A stretch of 63,393 nt of DNA, the filler included, from Intoshia linei (Eukaryota > Animalia > Orthonectida): NCBI GenBank assembly GCA_001642005.1. It is 4 parts of 4 records of this genome, joined end to end, with 100 filler letters (N's around TTAATTAATTAA, not from the genome) between each part and the next. Parts side by side here need not be neighbours in the genome. Positions count along the whole stretch, not along the records: positions 1 to 26,135 come from LWCA01000486.1; 3 more parts are not named here. The stretch is one strand, 5' to 3'. Position 1 is the first letter of the stretch. Every line of letters starts with the position of its first letter. Made by a program: the position numbers and the translations under genes. A model generated the notes under the pieces. That model was not told the DNA's origin. It was given only the letters and a program-made list of their open reading frames with translations, and searched no databases. Positions 1-12,000 of the stretch are shown here, piece by piece.

Positions 1-98
1 AGTGTATTACATAGCTTTATATGATTTGCCTAAAAATTTGACACAGTGTGTATATATACCATTTCAGATACTAAATAAGAATAATTTAAATACATGTA

Positions 99-302
99 CA
101 GTATTTTTTGAAGTATAAGGCGCACCCTTTTACATGAAAAATTAGAAATGCGCCTTATACGCCAGTGCACCTTATATGAGAATTTTGCAAGGGAAAATTT
201 TTTTCTAATTATATATTGTACCATTTGATTTTTAATTTTTCATAAAAACTCTTCTGTTAATAATAATAATTAGGAATGCGCCTTATACTCCGAAAAATAC
301 TG
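99..302. mobile_element. pogo/Tigger-type MITE
   Basis: Inverted ends CAGTATTTTTTGAAGTATAAGGCGCA (99) and TGCGCCTTATACTCCGAAAAATACTG (to 302); TA on the left flank only; non-coding. Confidence 0.65.
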
Positions 303-400
303 AGAACACTGGACACTTGGGAAACACTGATGGAGGGATTTAAAATTTATTTATTATATAATAATATATTTAATTATAATTTTGTAAAAAATTAGAAGAA

Positions 401-589
401 ATGTACTATTCAAAAATTTATATCTCACATAATAATGAAATATCGGATATACATTCTGGCATTCATGTTGAAGAAAAAAACAATATTTATTTTATTATCC
501 TCGGTTTCACTATTATTATTTTGATATCTATTATAGTTTTAGTATTGATATATAGATGTATAATTTTTTGTAAGAAAAATAAAACTTAA
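401..589 (+). CDS. possible small single-pass membrane protein (62 aa)
   Basis: ATG ORF with a hydrophobic stretch (IYFIILGFTIIILISIIVLVLIY) and basic tail; AT-rich DNA can produce this by chance. Confidence 0.25.
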   Translation: MYYSKIYISHNNEISDIHSGIHVEEKNNIYFIILGFTIIILISIIVLVLIYRCIIFCKKNKT

Positions 590-1686
590 AACTAATATCA
601 CAACACTCACTTATAATTAATGACCACAAATGAGAAAAATTGTAGAGGTAGAAAGAGATTGGAACAAATTGTTGATGTGACAATAATTAATTTTTATTAA
701 TTAAAATTAAATAAATTTTATTTATTAAAAATATCACACTTATTTCATTTCATTTCTAATATTGACAGTGTTGATATATTTAACACTAATGACACCACAT
801 ACATGTACTTAGACTCTAAGTACATTGTACCATTATTATTTACTATATTACTGTAGGTGTATATCATTTACTATTTTAAAGGTTAACATTCTCAGATTTT
901 TACAGCTTTTTAACCTTTTAAGTCAGGCGAAACTATTTATTTGTTTTGTAATATAAAAAATATTTTTAACCGTATAATTTCCATTATGAATTGCAACAAT
1001 ATAAATAATACTACTCAATTTTTATAATCAGAAATGGAAATCAAAGTAAATTAAAAGAAATAAGATAAAAATCTTATTAAAAAAGTTTTTTTACGAAATG
1101 TTTCTAAAATTTAAATATATTAACATAATGTATATCTGGTTATGTGATGTATAGTTTTTAGCATTACTAGATATTTAAACATGCTTACTAATCAATAAAA
1201 TATTAAATCTTGAAATCAAGTCATTTCAGAACTGGAAAAACACGCTCTAGCTTAAAATAACTTCTTGGGACACTAGGAAAATTGGTGAATATTTTCAAAC
1301 GGAGAACGGCCTTTAAAATATTAGTATTTTCGGCAGCTTAACAATGAAAAGTGGTTTAAACTCAACCTTTGATAGTGTGAATAAACAAAATAAAAAATAA
1401 AACTTTATTAACATTAATTTAAATAGGGAATAAAAATAACTTGTTAACAAAAACAATAAAATTAAAACACTCAAAACTACATTAAATTCTATAAATAGAT
1501 TAAATTTTAAAATGGATATTACAATAAACCTTTTATCATGGATTAATATAAAGTTTTGAATGTTTTAAAACAAGAAAATTTTAATACACAACCGTATTGT
1601 GTAAACATTGTTGACCGATATTTTTGTATTTTAGAGTTAATGATGTTAATTATACATAAAATATCATTTAAATAAAAAATTCGACA

Positions 1687-4600
1687 ATGATGTTAAAAAT
1701 ATTGTACGCTGTATCAATTTTAAGCGTAATGTCAAGTGAAAATTTAGATATATGTAAAAACACAATTTTTAATACAACTATTCTGTCCCAATTGTACAAT
1801 TCCATTATTCAAAAATCTAAAATAACCAAAAAGGGTGCTGATTACAAAATAAATTTTGAACAATTTTCCGTGTATTTTCGCAACATATTAACACACAACT
1901 CTGATAAAAATTATTCCAACCTACTTGAAACCACATATAAAGAATATTCAATCAATTCCAAGTTAAACTGTTCTGGACTATACACTGCCGCCATTAAATT
2001 GTTAAACGAGGAGAGTACTGAGGATACAGAGAAGCGTTATAATCGAAATAAAACGTGGAAAGGTTTATACATCATACAATATCGATAATTTTATACATTT
2101 AGTTTGGGTTTACAGTTTTATTACCACAACATTTATAAACCTATGCGCTCTGTTGGGAGGGTTTTTTATTTTTTTTAAAAGATATAGATGCTATGATTCT
2201 TTCCTATCCATTATGACGGCAGTTGGCGTGAGTGCTTTGTGTGGAACGAGTATTTTTGTTCTTTTGCCAGATGTAACTTTGGTTTAAATTTTCATTGTAT
2301 TTAATTTAGGCTATTCCAGCCCTAGATGATACAATTCACAGAGATATCTATATCAGCATAAGTTTAATGTTCCTTTTTGGTCTCTTGTTTTTATATTTGA
2401 CTGAAATTGTAATTAAATTTATTATTACATATTTTCGGGTAATTTTTTTAAATTTTTTAATTGAAATTCTCAAATCTAGTCAATATCGAGAAATAAAACA
2501 AACCTGGGATCTAATAACTCTAATAAATCAAATAGGTTTGAAATGAAACTAGAATCTGTTGATACTAAAGACGTTCAAGAACTGACTCATAAAAATGTAA
2601 AGGTATAGTTTTTATTTTTAGTGACATCATTTACTAACAATATACTATCGAAAATATTAAATCATATGGGCTATTCCAGAAAATATTTTCGCGAGGTCGC
2701 TGTAATAATTTTTGTTAATAATAAGTTTCAACATAAAGTTGTTAAATTTTGTAAGAGTTGGTAAATAGTTGAAATATGTCACAATTAAGTTACCAACATT
2801 TACATAAATTTTTTCACGGTGTTCGTTCAGCTTAAGCTGATCTATAATGTTATTGTAGTAATTTTGAAATTTGATTTTCATTATTAAGCCAAGAATCTGT
2901 AATCAGTAATCTTGAAAAGCATTTTTTATCTTTTGTAATGTTGGGTATAATTTTAATTTCAAATTTAGGTTAGTAAATATGCACATATTCATAGCGTTGC
3001 ATGGATGGTTATGGTTGGAGATACTTGTCATAATTTTATGGATGGATTATCAATTGGTGCTGCTTTCAATAAAAGTACATTTGCTGGGTTAAATGTATCG
3101 TTAGCAATTTTTTGTGAGGAGTTACCACATGAACTTGGTAATTATAATTTTAATTATCAGTCCCTCTGAGTATGATGAATGTTTATCTGTTCTACGTATT
3201 AAAAACGTTCACGTATTTCATTTTAATGAAACTACAGTATCAGTCTTTGGAAATTTCAAAAAGACAAAAATGTAGATGATATGGTAAAATTGCTTGTCCA
3301 AAGATGCAGTGCCAAACATACCGTACCGAGACCCCTCTTCGAGAACTCGACTGAATAGTTGTAAAATGCTGGCCTCATTTTTCCAAGTTGAGCAGTAAAA
3401 AAATATGTTCTTGAATGTCATGATATTTTGTTTATTAAGTTTAATATGTATTTATGTCAAATGAAGAGCCTTGGATAGGTGATTAGGTACTATTAACACT
3501 ACTCCACGTTTGAAAAAAAATTTTTAGGGTCTATTTGTCATTTTCGAGTGGCCTCGAGCTTGGTAGCTTCGCAAGCAAAAAATCCTGCAAAGATGGATAG
3601 TTTTTTGAAAATTATAAATATTTCAATGTTGACATATGTTCCCAAAATAAGGTATTAGGTTAAAATAGCTTTAATCTTTTAATGTCTGATGGAATATTGC
3701 AAAATAATTTATAAAGTGTAGTTTATCAGTAATACTGATTCAGTATGTTTTTCTCCTGTCAGAGTACCACTTGATAACATGATTTAACATGGTTTTTTAC
3801 TTTTTCACTAATAATGATAAATATCCGAAATTAATCTAAAATAGGAGATTAGATGAGTATGAGAATTATTTGTTAGATTGTATTTTTCATATCCTTATTA
3901 ACACTTTTAGGTGATTTTGCCATATTAATTTCTGCTGGTATGACTATAAAGCAAGGAATGCTCTTCAATTTTTTGTCGGCTTCATCATGTTACATAGGAG
4001 TCATAATAGGAATAATAATCGGTCAAAACGAACAAATTTCAAGATGGATTTTTGGCATTACAGCTGGGATGTTTATTTACATTTCTATATCAGATATGGT
4101 ATTTACTATATAGCTATACTCAGAGCCGTGGAGAGGGAACTATGACTATATGACCCGGGTCTACAATCATGAGGGCCTACTTTTTAAATTTATTAATAGG
4201 TAATGCTGGAAAATTGTTTAAGTATACCAAAATTTCGATAAACAATGGGATTCCAAAGGTTATTTTTAATTTTTAGATAATTAACATAGATAATTGATTA
4301 AGCAATGTATAGATGTCTCACTTTTTTTAAAATTTTGTATAGGGCCTACAATTTCCATCTGACCGGGTCTACTGTTGGCTCTCCACGTCCCTGGTTATAC
4401 TAATAACATTTAGTAATGTCAGAGTTGGCATTCTTTTTACTGTGAAGTGTTTATTTTTTATTTATAGAATTTTTAAATTTGCTTAATTGGTAAATCGCAT
4501 TATGCCTTTATTATAAGCTTATACTTGTACTATACATTTTTTATCGGGTATTGTAATAATTAATAGTTGTCAACCTGACTAGTGTGTTTTGTATAATTTA

Positions 4601-4774
4601 TGGAAATTAAATGTTAAAATTTAGTTGCCTGAAATGAGAAAGAAAATTGAAGAATTAACTGATTTTAAATCTTACATAATTGAAGTTTCGTTTCAAATAC
4701 TTGGACTCTCTATAGGCTTTGTATTAATGTATTTATTGGCAATTCATTCCTCTACTTTGGAATTGTTTGTTTAA
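1687..4774 (+). CDS. ZIP (SLC39, LIV-1 subfamily) metal transporter, ZIP8/ZIP14-like
   Basis: Exons ~1687-2062, 2103-2272, 2310-2438, 2480-2602, 2969-3137, 3911-4098, 4625-4774 join in frame by GT-AG. Signal peptide; VAWMVMVGDTCHNFMDGLSIGAAF (TM4), AIFCEELPHELGDFAILI (TM5), AGMFIYISISDMLPEM. Confidence 0.93.
3305..3572 (-). mobile_element. decayed MITE copy, same family as 36836 and 40464
   Basis: Reverse complement shares ...CTCGAG...GAAAATGA... and ...GTCGAG...GGGTCTCG blocks with those copies; ends approximate. Confidence 0.55.
4121..4393. mobile_element. hAT-type MITE in ZIP intron
   Basis: TIRs CAGAGCCGTGGAGAG / CTCTCCACGTCCCTG; near-perfect 8-bp TSD GCTATACT/GTTATACT; related copy near 22144-22345. 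Confidence 0.8.
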
Positions 4775-4842
4775 TTCAATTTTATTACATTAAACAATTT
4801 ACTCAATCTGTATTATCAAAAACTGAAAATTATAGTGTAGAG

Positions 4843-5445
4843 CAGTGCTTCTTAACCTTTTTACTTCAGGGGGATTTTTTATTTGTGAAATAATTAAAAC
4901 TTTGGCCACACATTAAAGTTTGATAAGAAAAAGCACATCGATATTCGAAAATGTGCAAATACATGTGTATTTAAAATATATAATCGTAATACATAATAAT
5001 AATAACATAACGAGAGGGGTCGGCAACCAGTTCCCGCGGGCCAAAAGTGGCTCTCAGAATAATTTTGGTGGCCCTTTGAGTAAATATGTAAATTATTTAT
5101 TTTTAAATTTTTTAACTTTTAAACACCGTTTTAAACATAATCTACTACAATTGGCCCATTTTCATATAGAATTTTCAAATCGCCCTGGATTTTATTTAGT
5201 TGAATATACTAGATCGTTTTTTTTCAATTAAAATGTATCATGTGTAAATTTTTTAAATTATTTGATATAAAAAAGTGGCCCACGAGATGAAAATTAAATG
5301 TCCATTTGACATTGTCAATTTGCTAAGAAAGAATAAGAAATTTTAAGTCAACGTTGGAAAATTATCACATTTACATTTACATTTGTTAAACAAAAAATGA
5401 AACCCTCAAATCTAGAGTCTGCATGAAAAAGGTTGAGCACCACTG
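4843..5445. mobile_element. hAT-like MITE with a nested second element
   Basis: Ends CAGTGCTTCTTAACCTTTT / AAAAGGTTGAGCACCACTG; internal GAGGGGTCGGCAACC hAT-like terminus near 5013; no clear TSD. Confidence 0.55.
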
Positions 5446-5837
5446 TGAAATATGTATAACAATTGTACAATATACTTGAATATGTTTGATTTATTTTATC
5501 ATTATTATTAGAATACGTTATTCAGAAGTACAATTTAGTGATAATATAATAATTCAGAATAAAAACAAAACAATAATCGATAAATCGACTAAAAATATAA
5601 TCTCATATTTTTCTTAAACATGATACAACTGGACAACTGAATTTAAAAATAATGTATGTTAGTAATGCAATACACATTCAATGTGTATTTAAAGTTGAAT
5701 ACATAATAGCCAATACTTATTAGTACTACAGATTGTGTAGTCAATATATTTTTACTAGAAAAATTTGTTTTTGTCGGACACTAGCGAGATTTTTATCTGC
5801 AGCTGATTTGGAAAACTAATTAATTTGAATTAATTAA

Positions 5838-6218
5838 TACGTTACTATATCGATGCATTACTATTATACTTTTCATTGTGTTTTAAGTCTGCTAGCGTAT
5901 AAACTTGAGCCAAACATTTTATGCATAATTTTATCTCCCCGGTAATTACGTATATGGATTATTTGTACGTCTCTTCTGAGCTATAACCAGTAGTAAGTAA
6001 TATTATTTGTCAACATTTTTACAACATTTTTTAATTAGCTAGTCGTATATATTTGTTTCCTAGTTTTTCATTTTTTATACAATACGTTACGTTATTTTGT
6101 TTTATTCAAATAATATTTTACAATTTTTAAATTTTCAACTTGTACTTTAATTACGTCAAATTATTGGTATTTTTTAAATTTAATTTAATTATTTAATGTA
6201 ATACATACGTTATTACGT
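5838..6218 (+). promoter_or_regulatory. cluster of TACGT motifs upstream of the hunchback-like gene
   Basis: Eight TACGT copies in ~380 bp, ending ~115 bp before the ATG; function inferred only. Confidence 0.35.
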
Positions 6219-6331
6219 TTTATCAATTATTGTCGTTTATATTTTGTATTTAAGTAATTTAAGACAATACAATAAGACAATGTCATAAAAATGGAAATGT
6301 AATATTTCTAGAATCATGTTGTATTTTAGAA

Positions 6332-8943
6332 ATGTCGATACAAGAAAATAACTCAATTCAACCAATGGATATTGAATTGATGAATACGTCAAACTCTCAT
6401 GCATCAAAGGGAAAAGAGTTTAACAGGCGTAATAAACGTATTGATGCAGCGATTGCAAGAATAAAGGTTAGAACAAATGGAGACGAGTCAAAATCAAACT
6501 CAAACAACGATGAATCATCTCAAAGTGACAACGTATCGGAAAGCAACACAAATGAAGAATCTAATTCAGCCACCACTGATAATGGAGAACTAAATTCTGC
6601 TACGCAGGGACCTGTTGCAGTTGAAGAAATTGCAACTTCATCATTTTCAAATTATACTCAAGAAGAATCCAATTGTTATCAAAAATCACTTGAATCACTT
6701 CCAATTCTCGCCAATTTAAATGATCCATTATCAAATAGTCAAGCACTACTTTTAAAGGAAAGTATATTAAAAAGTTTAAAGAGTAATCCTTTAAATCCTC
6801 TTTTGGAATTGTCGCAAACAAAAAAATCACTAGATGATTTGCACCCAGATAGAAAAATTAAAAAATCACGCAAGTCACGTAAATCCACAAAACCTCAAAA
6901 CATTAGAGAATTATTTGACAGCAATCAACTTGCTGGTAATTCAAAATCAACAAGTGAACATGTAGTCAATGTCCCACTTACTAACGTGCTCTACGTTCCA
7001 CCAATTGAAATTGAAACTGAAATTGATAAAAAACCTGGAAAAAAACGAAAGAAATATGCTAATGGGCAATATCCCCTCCCCAAAAACCCCCGTCTTATAA
7101 TGGAAAATGAAGGTATTTTTATTTTTATTTTTATTTTTTTCTATTTTTAATAAAAAATATTAGTATTCGGAATAAATGATAGAGTGTACATGTCCCCTTT
7201 GCAATTTTTAGAAGCTACTGCTGAAAAACTAAAAAATTTATATAACGAGTATAGCAATGGTGCGTATCGTGACACTAGAAACTATTTACACAAATACAGC
7301 GATAAGATTAATCTTGCCGACGGACAAAAAAAGACTGTCAGGCATAAACCATTCAAATGTAAAGTTTGTAGAGCAGCATTTAAAATACAGGTAATTATAT
7401 AAACATGTTCAAATTCCATGAGTCATTTCAAAAGTAAAATACATTGACTTTGTCATTTTCAGAATCTTTTGTTTACTGACTAGAAAAAGTTTAATAATTG
7501 ATTAATTTAGAATCACTTTTGGGCGCATCAAATGTTTACACATTTGGAAGCAGATAGAATGATGTTATGTCCTTTGTGTCCTTTTGTAACTGGTTTAAAG
7601 CATCATCTTGATTTCCGTAAGAATATACATGTCTATTACATTTTAATGTAAATTTAGATATACGAAATCATTTTGGATTTAAAGGCTTCAGTTGTCCATT
7701 GTGCGATTATGATTGCGTCAACAAGTCAATGCTTCGATCTCATCTAAATTCCCATTGCAGTTCATGCAACACGTGCAAGGTAATATTCTTATTGTTAAAC
7801 CTGATATTTTTTTATATATTCGTTTCTACAATCATAGTAGATTCATGTATAGTAAGCATTGCTGATTAAATTAAAATTGCGGCTCGTAGTGTGCGTAAAA
7901 TTATATTAAATTTCATTACAATATAAAAAAAATGAAAAATGATTACCTTAAACATCCAAAAAATTAAAAATCCAACAATTTAAGTTGTCATCATAAATTT
8001 GAAAATGAATATTACCTGTCATGAAATTTACTAAAATACCGCCAACATTTTAATAACCTAGGATAAAAATAAACATTGGGCGCAAAGTGAATTTATTTAA
8101 ACAGGCAATATTTGTAGATTAACAATTTAAATTTTAAAACTTACTTTTACTGTATAGTTTAATTTTATTATTTAGGCAATTAAAGTGGAATGTGAACATA
8201 AACCACGTTATATAATTCAGGACAACGGGGACATATTACAGATAGTAAATGATACGATAGTTAAATTTGAAAATGAAAACTCTGATGAAAAACAGAAAAG
8301 ATTGTGTGAATTTCGCCAAGGTGCAACGTCAATGGATAAAGAATCTATTGAAATGATTATGAACTTTAAAAATGATGCAGATGACGGTCCCCTAAAGGAA
8401 CTGCCAAAAATGGACCCGTTAATGTTTTTAAAGTGTGTGGATTTCATGTCCTACAAATTGAATCAATTTAAAGAAGTTTCATTGGCTTATATTTTCAAAG
8501 AATCATTCATGGTAATGTTACAACAATTTCTTCCAGAAATGGATAAAGATTACAAGACATTTACTGAACTGAAAAGGGCAAGAGAATCTTATCAAAACAA
8601 AGTAAAATTTTATCTGGATTGTGCTCAACAAGGTGTGACATTTGATAAATCCAAATTAATGAAAGAAAAGGTAATTAAAAAGGCTCTATCTTGTGGTGTG
8701 AATATTAAAGATATAACTCGCGTAATAGAAAACAATTGTCATAACCAAATTGATACATTGATAGAGCAGTCACAAAAAAACAAAATAAAATGTCAAGTTT
8801 CTGTAAATCAACACAATGTAGACGAAATTAAGCCAAGTCAAGACACTCTCCAAGATGTAGTGATGCAGGATAATCAAATTGTACAAAACCAAAAAAATTT
8901 TTCTGATAACAGTAATCAACAATCTCAGTCGATTGTAACATAA
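6332..8943 (+). CDS. hb: hunchback-like C2H2 zinc-finger transcription factor (three fingers only)
   Basis: Exons 6332-7112, 7164-7390, 7511-7616, 7658-7779, 8176-8943 join in frame. [40 protein letters not shown] and [21 protein letters not shown] match Hunchback middle fingers 1-3. Confidence 0.85.
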
Positions 8944-9086
8944 CAATCAAAAACGTTTATGACTGTTAGTTTTGTTTTAGTATATATTTAATTTTATCGT
9001 TATTAAACCATGTTATAATGTTTGGTTTTTGGAAAAGAAAACTTTGAAAAAATAATTTATTAAACAAACTTGACATAATTACAAAT

Positions 9087-12000
9087 TTAACGTCTGTAGA
9101 TTAATCTCAACTCATTAACAAGGTCGGCGACGAGATAGCTAACTATAGAGTCGTTAACAGTCGAAATAACCATATTTTTTTCCTTGTTAAATTGAGTCCA
9201 TCTTTCAGTTTCATTAATAAAATGATCTGTAACAAGACAATCTACTCTTGAAATATTAAACCTGAAAAACTTTCGTCGATTTTTCATTTTGTTGATGAAA
9301 GAATAACCCAATTTCTTTTCAGTGTCGGTAAGTCGAAGAGAGTTGAGTACATTCCCGCGAATACGATTAATCATAAACTGGTTAAGTTGTGATTTATGAT
9401 TAAATCGATTATATTCATTTGAAAATTGACAACATGCCAAACCAATGACTAAATTATTGTATGATTTTATGACTTCATCAGATTCTTGACTAGAATCTTT
9501 CCAATCCGAAAGCATCCATAAATCGTTAATTTGCCGATGTATAGCTTCCAAGTGCTGAGTATTTTCATCATAAAATATGTCGTCTTCAGTAAATTTTACG
9601 GGCAACTGTGTATACAAGTATTGGACTACAATGTCAATTATTTCATTTACAGAATCAACAGAATGTGGTACATCGAATATTGTTCCGTCGACCGGCTCCA
9701 TTGAATTTAACATGATTACATTATTATGTCGCGCTTTATCTAAAAAATTACTGTAGATATACTTTGTTAAAGCATACCTTTTTCAATTTGTCTTAAATCT
9801 TCAACTTCATCATTTGAACCTTCATCGTCCAGTTCGTGGTAAACGTCCGCATTCACATCGGCACTAAAAAAGGTTTTTTCTACGTCATTCAAGTATTCCG
9901 GAGGGAAATAATCTACAATTTCAGTTTCTTCAGGTTCAGTATTGTATCGAGGTGTATCAGGTATTTCATTGATCACTTTTTTAGGTTCCACCACTGGATC
10001 AACATCTTCTTTAGATTCTTTATTGGTAATTTCAAAAAGTCTTTTTGCTAAACTCGAATTGTAAAATGATAATTACTTTTCATCTGAAATGATTCAATTC
10101 AAGTACTTGAGTCATTTACAACAGGGCAAAAAAGCAGTTGTCGATTAGAGTGAAAAATGCCAATGTAAAAGTTTTTTTACAACAAAAAACCTATCGTGTT
10201 GAAATAGTAACAAAATTTGACTATTGTAAGGCGGTAAGACTTGAAAAATATGGATCAGGGATTAATTGACATAATAGTAAATAGTGTTTTTTCTAAAACG
10301 TTTCTAAAGAAATATACTATATTATATACTTACTTACTATATATATAAAATTGAATGTGTGCATCTGTTACTGTTTATTTCAAAAATTTAATTAATTATT
10401 TAAAAGAGTCGTAGAATTTAATAAAACCCAATATCTAATAAAGTTTTTGCCAGACGTGTTTTTATCTATTTTTCAGTTTCAGAATTTGAGTCTTCTGGGT
10501 CAAAAACATAATTTTCCCTTTTGTTTAAAAAAAATCAGCTCTAAAAATTTATAAAAAATAAATTCTGGAATAGTTTTCAAAATCATAAACATTATCATAA
10601 ATATAAATCTTAAAAAGGTAATTTATACGTTCAAAAACCCAGAATACGCTTTTTTAAAAATGAAAACAGCCCTAAAATGAAATTGTAAAAAAAATTTCAG
10701 ATGATACAGTTATATCCAGTTAATACACACAAAAAATTTAAATCTGATTAAGTGACGCCTTCACAGTCAAAAAAGTACTTTAATATTCATCTATTTTATT
10801 AAAAAAAAAATATATATTTAATAATTAACGGTCTTACAATTAAAAAAAGGTTTTTCTAATACAGCTTATATATCCTAACTTATATAACATGTTACGCGAT
10901 TTTTGTTTGTGTGTCTGTGACTTTATTGAAATAACTACCACTCTTAGAATTTTTTAAAGACCACGTTTCAATTACACCCTGTTGTCTCTCTTTTTGAAGA
11001 GCAAACGAGTTGGAGAATTTAAAAAAATATATCAATTGTCCTTCTTTTTGAAATCAAACGAGTTGGAGAATTTAAAAAAAGTATAGTTTTTTTCGGGACA
11101 TATAATAAGATAAATTTCAACCTCCCAATTTCACATCTTACGGGTCAAAAACCCCAGTTGTCCTCTTTTTGAAAATCAAACGAGTTGGAGAATTTAAAAA
11201 GATATATAAGCTGATGCAGATTTTAATTTCATAAACATTATCATAAATTTAAATTTGAAAAAATTATATCTTCAGGGCCAAATTATCCTTCTTTTTTTAA
11301 TGAAAACAACCCTAAAATTTCAATCCGAATAAGTGACGACTTCACGGTAAAAAATAATTTTTAATATATTATCAACCAATGTTTTTCAAATGTTGGATTT
11401 AAATTAAAAATGAAAATGTAAATAATCATCCTACAATTTCAAAAAAGAAATGTGCATTAAACGTCTTTATATTTCCAATAAAGAAATAATGGTGAGAATC
11501 TAAATAATTGATTCCTTCGGATTTTTTTTCATTGCTACGCAATTTTTTATTTTCAAAAAATTTAACGACTTAAATTTTCGCGACTGGTGAATAATATTTA
11601 CATGTTAGTTTTTTAACAATTTGTTACGAGATCATTTCTTTTCGAACACAAATAATCACATCAAACAGAAATTATGAAAGTTTATATTATAAATCAGGGT
11701 TCCTCATCGTTTTTGACGTATGGAGACATTTTATACTTTTGTAGGTACCAAATTTATCATTTAATTATATAAAATTGAATGTATATGTTGTAAATTTATT
11801 TAAAACTTTAAAAAAATATTTAGGATAGTTTTACCAAAAATTATAAAGTACTTTTTTTAAATTTATAAAAAAATAATATCGCCTGGTTGCAAGCAACACC
11901 AACATCACTTTGAAGAACAAAATTTTTAAATTGACAATTAAAAAAAATTAAAATTACACAAATCTTCAGCACTCAAAATTGAACTTTTTAATTTTACTGA

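Noticed and set aside
4920-5231. 103-aa ORF, and similar ORFs at 3218, 14017, 23910, 34696, 40098, 40433
   Set aside because: Lie inside MITEs or repeats; chance ORFs.
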